A stretch of DNA of 64,000 bases, from assembly GCF_009914755.1 (NCBI RefSeq), contig NC_060945.1, one strand, 5' to 3'. Positions 29,058 through 46,200 of the stretch are shown in pieces (position 1 is the first letter of the stretch; every line of letters begins with the position of its first letter). Under the pieces are notes generated by a model that searched no databases, was not told the origin of the DNA, and saw only the letters and a program-made list of their open reading frames with translations. The stretch comes from the human T2T-CHM13v2.0 reference genome, Homo sapiens. The position numbers were made by a program, and so were the translations under genes.

Positions 29058-29318
29058 GGCTAGGTGCAGCGCTTTGGGAGGCTAACGTGGGAGGATTGCT
29101 TGCGCCCAAGAGTTCAAGACCAGCCTGGGCAACATAGCAAGACTCTATCCCTACAAAAAATAAAAAAACTAGCCAGGCCTGTAATCTCAGCTACTAGGGA
29201 TGCTGAGGCAGGAGGATGGGTTCAGCCCAGGCGTTCAAGGTTACGGTGAGGTATAATCACACGAATAAACTCTAGCCCAGGCACCAGAGTGAGACTATCT
29301 CTTAAAGAAAAAAAAAAA
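29058..29318 (+). mobile_element. AluJ with internal deletions
   Basis: 'gaggattgcttgcgcccaagagttc', 'ctgggcaacatagcaagac'. Confidence 0.88.
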
Positions 29319-30634
29319 TGATTAGCCTCAAAGGAACCCCTAGTATGTCAGGAAGATGAGACAGTATCTAATATAAATTATTTTTTACAAGGTAGAGGAA
29401 AGTAATTCATATTCAGAAAGAGGTTGTTGAGGTGACATTGGAGATGTTTGTACATTTTGAGTGAGTCAGTTCTAGCTGGGGGCCCATTTGTCTCAGGATC
29501 ACTTGTGACTGAGAAAGAAGAGAATTTTGCCTCTAGGACATTATTTTAAATTTATTCAAAATTACATGCAAAAATAGTCACCCACAGATGGTTACTCCGT
29601 AGCTTGCCCAAATTGAACAGATCGTTCCAGAACTGTTCTCAGAGGTGGATAAATGCCCACTTTACAAATCCCCAGTTGTCAGTCTTCAGAGACTAGAGAG
29701 AAATGGAATGCAGCTGAGAGAATCTAAACTCTTCCTCAACCCTTGGAGGAGGTCTCTTCCCAGGGCAGGATTCAAGTGCATCTGCTTTGCTGCAAGGCAA
29801 GTTCCCTATTGAACGAGAGCTCAACCCAGAAGATTTCAAAAACCATGCCTGGGGACTTTTAAGACCACATTTTACAAACACTTTAAAATGTGGTTTTGAT
29901 GCTGTTAACCTTTAACCATGCTTTTTTTTTTTTTTTTTTTGAAAAAGCTCTCTGTTTAGAATCTTGCAACTCTCTCAGACGAACTACAGATCATCATTTC
30001 CATAACTACACCAACTTACAGCGAACTTCTTTCTGGTGTTTATTATCTGTATTGCCATTCATTGCCTCTTATTGCTTTGTTGTTGATGTTGTTGTTGTTT
30101 TTATAAGCAAGCCTTGAACTCTAGGAAGATTGTAAGCATCTTGGGGTTAGGGGATAGATATTTTATCTCAGTCTATTTGCTTTAAACAAAGTAAGTTCTA
30201 ACATTGCGTATTGAGTACTGTACTTGTTAACAATTCTCAGCATGTGAAACATATCATTTGTGCAGCTTGGAAAAGTAACTTATATGATTATACAGAATGT
30301 TTGTGATTTGGTCAGGGAGTATTATTTCCTCTCATTAATTGCCGTGTGCAGAAGACTTAAAGTGGAAATAGTTTTCACTGGAGAAAAAGAAAAAGGAAAA
30401 CCATGTTGATTCTTACTGCCAGTCACCACAGACTGTAAGCCTTAGTGCTTCCAGGCAAAACGAATAAGTCAAAAGTAAAAGTTAGACCTTTAAAACTTTG
30501 TTGAAACTTTTAAAGAAAGAATATTTATTGGAGAGAACCAATTAAGTGAGTGTTGGGGGGGAAATTGCTCAAGTTTATGACAATAGAACCATCTTTGGAG
30601 TATTTATCATCACTTCTATAAACTGTCTTTAAGT

Positions 30635-30765
30635 ATATACTGACCATATACTTTGCTCAGGATGGTCCTGGTTTGTGCTCGATGTCCTAAGAAATTATCA
30701 ATAGCTCCTCCCCAACCCTTCCACACACAGCATGTCACAAAGGGGATACTAAATTTTATGACTGC
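30635..30765. mobile_element. Degenerate hAT-Blackjack MITE (MER81/MER94-like)
   Basis: 'tgaccatatactttgctcaggatggtcctggttt...attatcaatagc'. Confidence 0.45.
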
Positions 30766-32559
30766 TACGCAGATTGAATGTCTTAGTCAAGATCTCTACT
30801 TTCAAAGAATGAAAAACCACGCAAATCAATCAATAAAAAGTGGTTTTTCAGATTAGATAATTGTATACTTTGCTAGTTTTGAACCACTCATCAGATATTG
30901 GACTGTTTTAATATGCTGCCAGCATTATCAAATAATAAAGGTAAAAAATAGGTATTTCTGGTCAGATTCTGGACTAGCTTACTATGTGCAAACTTTCAAA
31001 ATAGATTTTAGTATTTCTGATATTTGCGCTTTGTTCATGCAAAGTAAATTAGAATCTGGTGTATTTAAAAGAATGCACCAGAACATTTTAAAAGAATGTT
31101 TATTTTCTTCAATTAAAAACAATTCTTTAGAGAGAACATTTAGATCTGATTCTAGCTATTCAAACTAAGGAGAAATAAATGACTTCAACACAGAATGACT
31201 GACTAGGTATTTGCAGGGTGATTTGAAGTCCCAAGGGATAATGAACTTCTGTGTATTTCATAAGAGTGTTATTAACAAGCAAGTGGCTTTTTGGGTCAAG
31301 AGCTTGGTTCCTAAAAGTAATGTCAAACCCATCACATATTCTCAGAAGCATGTGCATTTAGGTTCAATCTCATTATGCAAGCTTATGTCAATCAATTTCC
31401 AGTTCCCAGTTTCCAAGGATGTTAGAAGAGAAATTAGTTCTTTACCTGAAAATTCTATTTGAAGTGGGAATTAGTCTTTGAAATAAACAAAACCATCACA
31501 AATACCAGCATGCTCCGGAAGAATTCATTCCTTTAAAGAGCAATATGTTCCCTCTGCTTCACTGAAGAAAAGGAGTTTGATGGGTAATTCCTAAATTATG
31601 TTTTAAAATGTTTATCATAAAGTCTTAGAATAATAGAAGTGCACCTGCAAAAATAAGCATATATTTTGGGTCTTGGTTGTGGTTGTGGCATATGCCTGTA
31701 AATGAGCAGAAGTAATTCCAACTGCTTTTGCTGTTATTGCCATTATTGTTTGTTGGTGATACTTTTATGGCTCTGGCAGCCTGGAGACAGAATTTCTTAG
31801 ATAGATAAAAGATGAAGGGGAAGAATGGGAAGTGAGGAAATGAAAAGGGGAAGAATAGTGCGTGGTATGAATTATGAGAAATCAAAATATAATGCCATGT
31901 GACAAAATGTCAATCACTTCTATTTACCTCCACTATTAAAGTTATTAAATTAATCTTTAGAACTATAGCCCTGGAAGTTTATTTGAGATGATCCCTGGAA
32001 TTTATCACTACGATTAGTAATACCCAATTCAGTTCTTAGGTTCCCTTCATTGACATTAACTTACTTATTGGATGAAACTTCATTATCGTTCTTTCTTATG
32101 CATTCTAGGTACCCAATACTTTAACTGAAAAGCAAAATTTTAAAAATAGTCTTGAAAATTATTTTTAAGTTTAGAAAGAACCTGCTATAAACAGAAAAGG
32201 TGAGGTTGGAGGAGAGAAACTCATGAGAAACCAAATAGCCAAAGTAATGAGTAGCCCTTTTTTGAGAACTTATTAAACTAATCAATGGTAAGAAAATATC
32301 TCTAAAATAATTGGGGAAACTAGACTAGTCACTGTTTTTTTTAAAATTTTTATTTTGATCTTAGGAACAGCATGAAAATTATGTAAATTCCTGTTTTCTT
32401 CGTGATGAATACCAAATTATGTATTAACAAAATTGAATGATGTCTGGAATGTGTTTTAAAGCATTCTAAAAAAAAGTAGTATTACGAAACAAGATTTCAA
32501 AATATTGATTATTGTTGAAGATGAATTATGGGATTTCCATAAACTAAAAAAACCAACAT

Positions 32560-32968
32560 TGTATTTCATGTAAGTTAATAAGCTGAACCTAAAATGTGCA
32601 TGATTGATCAAAACCCTGGAATTAGACAAGGCACTCCTGAAGAAGAAAGAGATGAGAGGACCTATCTTATCATATTTCAGGACTTATTACAAAACAGTAT
32701 TAATTCATGCATATAACAATTAATTATTGAATATCTGTTATTTGCTAGGCATACTTATTGATGTTTAAAATACAGCAGTGACAGTATAGTATTGGTGCCG
32801 AGATAGACAAGTAGATAAGGTGAATAGAATATAGAAGCCAATGATGGATCCCTGCATATATTTATACTTAATATATGACTTGCCTGGGAAGAAAGACTCA
32901 ACAAATGCTGCAGGAACGATTAATCATTCACAATAAAATAAATAAAATTTGATCTCTGCATAACTTGC

Positions 32969-33003
<35 letters not shown>

Positions 33004-33545
33004 AAATCCTCAGAACACACAGATTAGATTCCCGGCAGATTATAGACGTAAAAGATAAAAACTAACGTCTTACAAGAAAACATAAGCAATGTATTTGATC
33101 TGAATGTAAAGAAAAATGTCTTAAACAAGGTGCAGTAAGTGCAAAGCATAAAAAAGTTTATAAATTTGACATTAAAATTAAAAACTTCTGTGTATCAAAG
33201 CATCCTGAAGAAAAAGTAAACACACACACAGAATCAAGGAAGAATATGTTTTCAAAATCTGTAACTAACTCCTACAAATCAATAACAAATAAGCTTTGCA
33301 ACCCCCAAAATGAGCAAAAATAAGGAGAAATCAGCAGCGTGCTGAAGAGGAAGCATAAAATGTGAAAAATTGTAGGATAAGTTGATCAACGTCTTATGCT
33401 GCTGGTGAGGATATAATATGGCATAACCATTTTGAAGACGCACTTTTGCATTATCTTGTAAATTTGAAAATATACATCATCTATGACCTAGCAAGTACAC
33501 TATTAAATAAATGTCCTGGCAAAACTTCTGCTCACAGCGTAACAT
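32560..33545 (+). mobile_element. Ancient L1ME ORF2 3' region; resumes at ~38775-38930
   Basis: 'acagtatagtattggtgccgagatagacaag', 'attaaaaacttctgtgtatcaaag', 'ctatgacctagcaag'. Confidence 0.6.
32971..33000. repeat. (AC)15 microsatellite
   Basis: Seen directly. Confidence 0.97.
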
Positions 33546-34879
33546 GAGTATTGATTCTTCTATTCTTCTAACAGCATCATTGGGTCACTCAGTAGTGTTT
33601 CACTGGTGACTGGTTTCATCTGAAATTTTTTATAAAGTTTATTTTAGGTTCAGGGGTACATGTGCAGGGTTGTTATATAGAAAAAACTCGTGTCACTGGG
33701 TTTTTTGTACAGATTATTTCATCATGTAAACTTAGTACTCAATTGTTACTTTTTCTGATCCTCTCCCTCTTTCCACCCTCCACCCCCAAGTAGGCTCTAG
33801 TGTCTGTTGTTCCCTTCTTGTGTTTTCATCATTTAGCTCCCATTTATAAGTGAGGATATGCTATATTTGGTTTTCTGTTCCTATGTTAGTTTTCTAAGGA
33901 TAATGGCCTCCAGCTCCATCCATGTTCATACAAAGGACATGACCTCATTCTTTTTTTATGGATGCATAGTATTCTATGGTGCATATGTGCTTATGTGTAC
34001 CACATTTTCTTTATTCAGTCTACCAGTGATGGGCACTTATATTGATTCCATGTCTTTGCTGTAGTGAATAGTGCTGCAATGAACATACATGCCCATGTGT
34101 CTTAATGGTAGAATTATTTACATTTCTTGGTATATACCCAGTAATGGGATTCCTGAGTCTAATGGTAGTTCTGGTTTTAGCTCTTTGAAGAATCATCATA
34201 CTGCTTTCTGCAATGATTGAACTAATTTACACTCCCACCAACAGTATATAAGTGTTCCCTTTTCTCTGCAACCTCTCCAGCACCTACTATTTTTTTACTT
34301 TTTGATAATAGCCATTCTGACTGGTATGAGATAACATCTCATTGTGGTTTTTATTTGCATTTTTCTGATGACAAATGATTTCAGCTTTTTTTTTCATATG
34401 CTTGTTGGCTTCATGTATATCTTCTTTTGAAAAGTGTCTGTTCACATCATTTGCCCACTTTTAAATGGGGCTGTTTGTTTCTTCCTTATAAATTTATTTA
34501 CTTTCCTTAAACAAATTAAAAAAATTAAAAAGCTGGATATTAGACCATTGTCAGATGCATAGTTTGCAAATATTTTATCCCATTCTGTAAGTTGTCTGTT
34601 TACTCATTGATAACTTCTTTTGCTGTGTAGAAACTCTTTAATTTAATTAGATTCTATTTGTCAAGTTTTGTTTCTGTTGCAGTTGTTTTTGGCATCTTCG
34701 TTGTGAAATTTTAGCCAATTCCTGTGTCCAGAATGGTATTTCCTAGGTTGTCTTCCAAGGTTTTTATAGTTTTGAGAACTACATTTAAGTGTTCATTCCA
34801 TCTTGAGTTGATTTTTGTATATTGGACAAGTAAGGGGTCCAGTATTAATCTTCTACATATGGTTAGCCAGTTACCTTAG

Positions 34880-35898
34880 TGTTGCAGAAAGTTCAGGGAC
34901 CCCAAACGGAGGGACCGGCTGGAGCCGTGGCAGAGAAATATGAATTGTGAAAATTTCATGGACATTTATCAGTTCCCAAATAACACTTTTATAATTTTTT
35001 ATGCCTGTCTTTACTTTAATCTCTTAATCCTGTTATCTTCGTAAGCTGAGGATATATGTCACCTCAGGACCACTGTGATAATTGTGTTAACTGTACACAT
35101 TGATTGTAAAACATATGTGTTTGAACAATAAGAAATCAGTGCACCTTGAAAAAGAACAGTATAACAGCAATATTTAGGGAACAAGGGAAAACAACCATAA
35201 GGTCTGACTGCCTGTGGGATAGGGCAAAAAGAGCCATATTTTTCTTCTTGCAGAGAGCCTATAAACAGACATGCTAGTAGGAGAGATATTGCTAAATTCT
35301 TTTCCTAGCAAGGAATATTAATATTAATACCCTGGGAAAGGAATGCATTCCTGGGGGGAGGTCTATAAACGACCACTCTGAGAGTGCCTGTCTTATACAG
35401 TTGAGATAAAGACTGAGATACGCCCTGGTCTCCTGCAGTACCCTCAGGCTTATTAGGGTGGGGAAGAAACTCTGCCCTGGTAAATTTGTGGTCAGAACGG
35501 TTCTCTGTTCTTGAACCCTGTTTTCTGTTGTTTAAGATGTTTATCAAGACAATACATGCACAGCTGAACATAGACCTTTATCAGTTGTTCTGCTTTGTCT
35601 TTGTCCTGTTCCCTCAGAAGCATGTGATCTTTGCTCTGCTTTTTGCCCTTTGAAGCATGTGATCTTTGTACCTACTCCCTGTTTTACACCCCTTCCCCTT
35701 TTGAAACCCTTAATAAAAAACTTTCTGGTTTGAGCCTCAGGTGAGCATCATGGTCCTACCGACATGTGATGTCACCCCCAGCGGCCCAGCTGTAAAATTC
35801 CTCTCTTTGTACTCTTTCTCTTTATTTCTCAGCCAGCTGACACTTATGGAAAATAGAAAGAACCTACATTGAAATATTGGGGTTGGGTTCCCCCGATA
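34880..35898 (+). mobile_element. MER11A (HERV-K11/HML-8) solo LTR
   Basis: Starts 'tgttgcagaaagttcagggaccccaaacggagggaccggctg', ends 'gggttcccccgata'; 6 bp TSD ccttag/ccctag. Confidence 0.93.
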
Positions 35899-36039
35899 CC
35901 CTAGTACCGTTTATTAAATAGGAAGTTCATTCCCCACTGCTCATTTTTGTCAACTTTTTTGAAAATCAGATACGTAGTTATAGGTGTATGGCTTATTTCT
36001 GGGCTCTCTAGTCTGTTCCATTGATCTATGTGTCTGCTT

Positions 36040-36096
36040 TTGTACCATGAGGTCCATGTTGTACCAACAGGTCCACGTTGTACCAACAGGACCAAG
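36040..36096 (+). repeat. 3 x 19 bp tandem repeat inside L1
   Basis: ttgtaccatgaggtccatg / ttgtaccaacaggtccacg / ttgtaccaacaggaccaag. Confidence 0.88.
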
Positions 36097-36544
36097 CTGT
36101 TTTAGTTACTACAGCCCTGTAGTATAGTTTGAAGTCGAGGAACGTGATGCCTCCTGTTTTGTTGATTTTGTTTAGGATTGCCTTGGATATTCAAGTTCTT
36201 TTCTGGTTCCATATAAATTTTAAAATAGTTTTTTTCTAGTTCTGTAAATAATATCATTGGTAGTTGGATAGGAATAGTATTGATTTTGTAAATTGCTTTG
36301 GACAGTATGACCATTTTAACCATATTAATTTCTTCCTATCCATGAGCATGAAATGTTTTTCCATTTGTTTGTTTCATCTCTGATTTTTTAAGCAATGTCT
36401 GGTAATTCTCATTGTACTGATCTTTCAACTCCCTGGTTAGCTGTTCCTAAGAACTTTATTATTTTTGTGAGTATTGTGAATTGAATTGTATTTTTGACTT
36501 TGCTCTCAGCTTGGCTGTTTTTGGTGTATAGGAATGCTAGTAAC

Positions 36545-36852
36545 TTTTTTTTTTTTTTTTTTTTTTTTTTTGAGACAAGATCTTGCTCTGTTTCCCAGGC
36601 TGGAGTACAGTGGCAAGATCGTGGCTCACTACAGCCTCTGCCTCCCAAGTTCAAGCAATCCTCCCATCTCAGCTAACCCAGTAGGTGGTAACACAGGTAC
36701 ATGCCACCACATCCACCTAATTTTTTATTTTTTGTAGAGACAAGGTATCACCATGTTTTTCAGGGTGGTCTTGGGCTCCTGGGTTCAAGCAATCCACCCA
36801 CCTCAGCCTCCCAAAGTGCTGGGATTACAGGCATGAGACACTACACCTGGCT
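36545..36852 (-). mobile_element. AluJ-like inside L1
   Basis: TSD 'ggaatgctagt'. Confidence 0.92.
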
Positions 36853-37306
36853 GGAATGCTAGTGATTTTTGTACATTGATGTATCCTGAAACTTTGCTGA
36901 AGTTGTTTATCAGCTGAAGGAGCTTTTGGGCTGTGACTATGGGGTTTTCTAGATATAGAATCATATCGTCTGCAAATAGGGATAGTTTGACTTCCTTTCT
37001 TCCTATTTGGGTGTCGTTTATTTCTTTCTCTTGCCTGATTACGCTGGCCTGGACTTCCAATACTTCGATGAATAGGAGTGATGGAGAGGGTATTTTTGTC
37101 TTGTGCCGGTTTTCCAGAGAAATGTTTCAAGCTTTCGCCCATTCAGTAAGATGTCGGCTATGGATTTGTCATAGATGGATCTTACTATTTTAAGTCTGTT
37201 CCTTCAATAGCTAGTTTATTGAGAGTTTTTAACATGAATGAATGTTGAGTTTTATCAGAAGCTTTCTCTGCATCTATTGAGATAATCATGTAGTTTTTGT
37301 ATTTAG

Positions 37307-37639
<333 letters not shown>

Positions 37640-38099
37640 AAATCACGTTTATTAATTTGCATATGTTAAACCAACTTTGCATCTCAGGGATAAAGCTAAC
37701 TTGATCATGATGGACTAACTTTTTGTTGTGCTGCTGGATGTGTTTCGCTAGTGTTTTTTTGTTGAAGATTTTTTCATCAATGTCCATCAAAGATATTGGC
37801 CTGAAGTTTTCTTTTACTGTTGTGTTTCTGTCAGACTTTAATATCAGGATGATGCTGGCCTCAAAGAATAAGTTGGGGAGGAGTCCTTCCTTCTCATTTT
37901 TTTCAAATAGTTTCAGTAGAAACGTTACCAGCTCTTCTTTGTACAGCTGGTAGAATTTGTCTATGAATCTGTCTGGTCCTGGGCTTTTATTTGGTTGGTA
38001 AGCTATTTATTACTGATTCAGTTTTAGAGATCATTGCAGGTGTGTTCAGGAATTTAGTTTCTTTCTGGTTCAGTCTTGGGAGGGTGTATGTGTCCTTTA

Positions 38100-38774
<675 letters not shown>

Positions 38775-38954
38775 AGAATGTTCATGACAGTCTTGCTCAT
38801 AACAATAACATGAGAACAACTTAAATGTCCATCTGTGAAAAAAATCTCATAGCTCACAAAATGAAACACTACATAACAGTGAAAATTCACTGAAGGCATT
38901 ATATGTTGTCAAACAGATGAATCTTAGGAACAATTTTGTTGTTGTTTTTAACGT

Positions 38955-40301
<1,347 letters not shown>

Positions 40302-41386
40302 TAGGAATGTTATAAGTCCTTCAATTAATCTTCAAGTTTTAGACCCTTTAAAAAAAAACATTCTTTTTGAGCCGTTAAAATATGCTTTGCAGAAGACTGG
40401 TACCAGCTGCTTGGAAATTTCCTCCTATATTCCTTCAGTCTTCAGTCATTTCTGCTCAGCTTCATTTATGCTCATGGTCTCATCATCCACCTCCAGAATG
40501 TTTTTAAAATCCTTCATACATTGATGGTATTTCTTATTTCTCTTCTCATCTGCATTTTATTTCACAGGGCTCTGTGATGATTGTGTGTGTATAGCTAATT
40601 GTCCTGTGCAATAGGTTTTATGTATGCATTTTCTGAATTACAACCATGAGAATACTGGAGCCAAGATAATGGGATCCAAAATTGACAAATCTCAATTCAC
40701 ATCGTTTTGCACTCCTTAAAAGGAAAGGACTTAATAAATGTTAGTAACCTGTACACAATATTTATGCACAATTTGCTAGTTTTGAATTATAGAGAATGGC
40801 AGTCAAAAAAGGGGAACATAATCTGTTCGTTATTTTGGTTTCTTCAAATATATGTTAAAAATTTTAAATGAACATTCTAATGATAAAATATTTTAATTTT
40901 AGAAGAGTGTTATCTTGGGACTTTTAGGCCCTGTAATGTCTCTTGGAATTCAAAAGCTTTTGCATAATAATGTTTTGATGAGTTTAAGTGTAAATGTAAA
41001 TAAAAAAATAATAAGGATTAAATTTTCTTTGACACATATGTGAAAATTTTGAGAAAAAACATGTCTGGCACATATGTTCTGGAGTCAGTAAAACAGGAAC
41101 TATGAGCAAATTGTCCCAAAGTAGTTCACAAAACACAAAATCCACAAGAAAAGGGTATCCAATTCACCCCGCAAAACAGAGGACAAACGTGTATTACTAA
41201 ATTAACAGAGGTAGATCCATATATTTTATTTGTTTCCTTGGGAATATAGAATGTCTTAAAAGTTGAATCTCAATAAATCAGTTTTATGCAGTGTTCTGAT
41301 ATGTTATACTCATTTTGCTTCTAAAACCTTCTAGAATCCTGTATAAGACTAGTTAACCAATTGGGAACAATGTTAGCAAATATTTC

Positions 41387-41411
41387 CACACACACACACA
41401 CACACACACAC
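41387..41411. repeat. (CA)12 microsatellite
   Basis: Seen directly. Confidence 0.95.
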
Positions 41412-42158
41412 GCACAGATGGCCAGAGTTTTGCTTAAACATCTTTCTATTGCAGTCAGAACTATTCCTTCATAGAGAAACTAATGTGTATATTTTTAATA
41501 ACAGGTTTATATTATTGAAATGACTGTCACACATGCTGACCCAGAGGCTGTGAGGACAATAGCAGTCCTACAGTTGTACAGAATTTAAAAAGGAATGAAA
41601 TATTTTATATCAAATATGAACTTGGTTGTACTTGTTGCAATAGATGAACTTAATTTAAAGCCAAAAGCATATTTCAATTCCCTTATTTCCTAACACAAAG
41701 TAAAAGAGGCAGATGGATACTGTCATATAAGAACAAGTTTGACCAAAATGGTCTTAACTGAAGGTTAATGATAATAAATTAAATTAAATGTAAACAACCA
41801 AATGAAACTGAATGTTCTGCCAGAAGCAGCAAAAATATATCTCAGAGTAATAAACCATAACATCTTCAGGAAAGTTCCCAGGGAAACAGTCTTAATTCTC
41901 TCAGCAGGTACTACCTATATTAAAGGGTTTTTTTCTAGCATGAAGTTTATAATTTGTAACTGCTAATGAATCAGATTATATTTGCCAGGTTCATCCAGTA
42001 AATTACTGTTGTTGTTGCTGTTGCTGTTCTTGTTATTTTATGAACACAGCATTGGAGAGAGAAGTTAGAAAATGGGTGCTTATGACCAAAACACATTTTA
42101 AGGTCAGTTCACTTCAAGACAGCAAAATGGATTCAAGATCTTCTTTAAAATGAGGAAT

Positions 42159-42554
42159 TGTTTTAGTCTGCTTTGCTGTTGCTATAGCAGGATACCTGAG
42201 ACTGGGTAGTTTAAAAAGAAGAGAAATTTATTTCTTAGAGTTCTAAAAAAAAAAGTCGAAGTTCCAGGGGCTCATATCTGGTGAGGGCCTTCTTGCGCAT
42301 CATCCCACGGAAGAAGGCAGAAGGGAAAGAAAGGATGTAAGAGTGAAAATGCACAAGAGGGCCAAGCTTGCTTTCATAACAAGCCCACTCTTGCAATAAT
42401 TAACCCATTCCTGTGAGACCAACACTAATCCATTGATGAGGTCTCTGCCGTCATGACCTAATCACTTCCTACTAGACCCTACTTTCCAACCCTGTTGCAT
42501 TAGGGGTTAAGTTTCTAACACATGAATTATGGGAGAGACATTCAAACCATAGCA
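42159..42554 (-). mobile_element. MST (MSTB/C-like) MaLR solo LTR
   Basis: Minus strand starts TGCTATGGTTTGAATGT; perfect 5 bp TSD GGAAT. Confidence 0.9.
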
Positions 42555-42644
42555 GGAATCTCTTTTTCTAATTATTGCTAATTTTCAAAAGTGAGGGCTA
42601 TCTACCTTCTCTACAAACAGGAATTACAGACTTTAGACTGAACA

Positions 42645-42818
42645 CAGTGTCACAATGTGGTAATGATCAAATGCTGTTCATATTAAAATCACTTGAGAGA
42701 AACGTTAAATATACAGATTCCTGAGCATCAGTCCAGGTTCAGCCAGATACTGAATCAGAATCTGCTGTGTTGGGGCTCAGGAATCATTAATTTGTAGAGC
42801 CACATTTGGAAGCTACTG
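42645..42818. mobile_element. MER5-like hAT-Charlie MITE
   Basis: 'attaaaatcacttgagaga...atacagattcctg...actgaatcagaatctg...ggggctcaggaatc'. Confidence 0.65.
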
Positions 42819-43069
42819 CCTTGAAAGACATAGAAAGGAGGGACTTATCTCTTACTTTTCCTCAGGATCTTTTCTGAATTTGCAGATATTTGGGCTAGGA
42901 CAAACATCACATATCTTCAAGGGAGAATTGTAGTATAAACATCAGGAACAGGTGCCTACACAAGATTGTCCCCTCCTGCCTAAATTTACTTGATGCTACT
43001 TGTAATCCAGATGCTTATGCAAAGATGCTTGTGGGTTTAGGAACCATTTGCAGAGAACAAAGAGAAAGA

Positions 43070-43290
43070 ACTAATATATAGAGAATACATTATGCATCAG
43101 ATACTTATTACTTTTATGTACCTTATATAAGTAAAACCTCCATCACACATACTGGAATGCGTCATTAGTATTATTCACATTGTACAAATGAGGATTGCAA
43201 CAGAGAGAAGAATGAGACATTCAAACTAGGCCATGAGGCATGCAAATGGCACAGCTGGGATTCAAACTTAGCTCCAACTCTTCCAAAAAT
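43070..43290 (-). mobile_element. MIR
   Basis: 'attattcacattgtacaaatgagga...aaatggcacagctgggattcaaac'. Confidence 0.6.
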
Positions 43291-44372
43291 AGCAGGAGAG
43301 TCAGAATCTGTTTCATTTCTTTTACCTTTCAATATCTACAATATGAATATACTGGTCAAATATAATGAAACTTCATTTATTAGATACAGTTGGGGGAGAG
43401 ACAGGCATATCTTTTCTAATACATTGGGAAATCTGAAATATGTGATCACCAGAATAAGGGATCTGCATGATACCACAGTCTCCATCTGATGTAGTTTAAT
43501 TTTAGGAAATGTATGATCGATGTGTCAATGTTCTGATTCTCTCTTATTATGAATTTATCATAGTATTAATAGTTGAATCATTAAAATCCTAAGCCTTGAT
43601 TTAGCATCTTGTATTAATTAATTGCTTTTAGCTTATTTCAAGAAAGCAAAGTGCTTCATTTATTGAAGAAAATCTACAAAACAGTTATTTTTTAAAATTG
43701 AAGATTGCAAAATTGTTAAATATATAATATAGTTGTTGCCTTTATTTGCTTCTTCCATAAATGTAATTTTTATGAGATGTTTCATAAAAATATTCTGGAA
43801 TTCAAAGCAAAGCACTATACGTAAAGTTACAAGCAAGTGGAAGGCAAGATGTTTCAACAGTTTTGTACTCAGCCATTTATGACCAACTCCAACGGTCACT
43901 GCAATCCTGACATTTCAGAGAAAACGAAAATGTTTCTGTCCATACTGGCCCTTTACTTTTTCTAGTCATTTATTCAGCAACATCTGTTTGCTGCTGTTAA
44001 TTAAACATTGAACAAGTAGCTATTGGCTTACTTGGAAAAAGCCTGGAGGTCAACTTTACACACTGGACTTCTATAAATTCTGTGAAAAGAAAAATCAGAT
44101 CTCATTTATTTCAAGCTCAATTTCATCAATCACAGGGTCTGGCATGAAACTAAGGCTCTTCTAACACTCGGTAAATAAATGAGCAAGTGTGCTGGTGGGT
44201 CCTTCTGTGAATGGTATTTTTTTTCTATTCATTCTATATATTCCACTCTTCACGATTCCCAAACAAGAGACGTTACTTCTCCCTTTTGAATGAGTCAATG
44301 CAATGAGATATCACTTCATAAAATAACCTTGAAGACAAATTTAAGTGCTCTTTCTTTTAAAATGTAGATATC

Positions 44373-44889
<517 letters not shown>

Positions 44890-45408
44890 CTACAGACAGA
44901 ACACCTGGCTTTGTGGAAAGTTAGAAGGCCACACAATGCCTCAGAAAATGCATAAAATAAACTAAAACTAAGCACTAAATTCAATACTAAAACCCCTTCA
45001 TCTGGGACTCAATTAAGTTACCATTCGATTAGCATGCAACTATAATAACATATGCCTAAACTTTCCAAAAACCCACAATCTTGAAAGAAAGTGGTCCCAT
45101 GACATGCAGGTATCTGAGTTAGCAGTTCTGCTTCAATGAAGAGAAAGCAAAAAGGAAAAGGGAGCTATCATCTATTGAGCACTTAATACATTCCAGGTGC
45201 TATGAAAGGTACTTTATTTAGGTCATCTCCCTCCCTTTAAACATGAAGGAACAAATGGCAAGGTAAGAACAAATAATATTATAGGTTTCAATAAACAATA
45301 TCAATATTTTATTCATAATTATTACCTGTCTCTGGCATTCCCTATCCACCAGTCTAGAAAAATATGTGACAAAAATGAAACAAAAGAATAAAATACATTT
45401 TTTTCTAA

Positions 45409-45781
<373 letters not shown>

Positions 45782-46039
45782 AAAAGGTAGATTTCTTTTG
45801 AAAGTCTAACTGCCATCTCTTATACTCATGTTGAAATAAATTAGGAAGAACATATTAATTCTCACTTGTGTTGTCCCCTGTTTTTGCATAAAAAATAATA
45901 TTGTCTCGTGTTCTCTCAATTTCATACTTGAAAATCAGAGGGCACAGATATGAGGATACATACTGATGCTAGTCCAACTATGCTGAATACCCATATCAAA
46001 CTTGTATACCTTATATAATTTTACCCTATTAAAACATGA

Positions 46040-46200
46040 TCATTGACCTTGGACAAGCTACTTAACAGCTCCAAGTTGAAATTTTCTCATCCGTGATATG
46101 GGTCTTTCTGTAATATGTACTTATAGAGTTGTTGAAGATATTAAATTACATAATACATGTTAATTATTTAGCACATGGTAAATACTAATGAATATAGGCT
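46040..46200 (+). mobile_element. MIR
   Basis: 'tgaccttggacaagctacttaac...ttttctcatccgtgatatggg...gttgttgaagatattaaat'. Confidence 0.6.

Noticed and set aside
35610-35670. Direct repeat 'gaagcatgtgatctttg'
   Set aside because: Normal internal repeat of MER11 LTRs.
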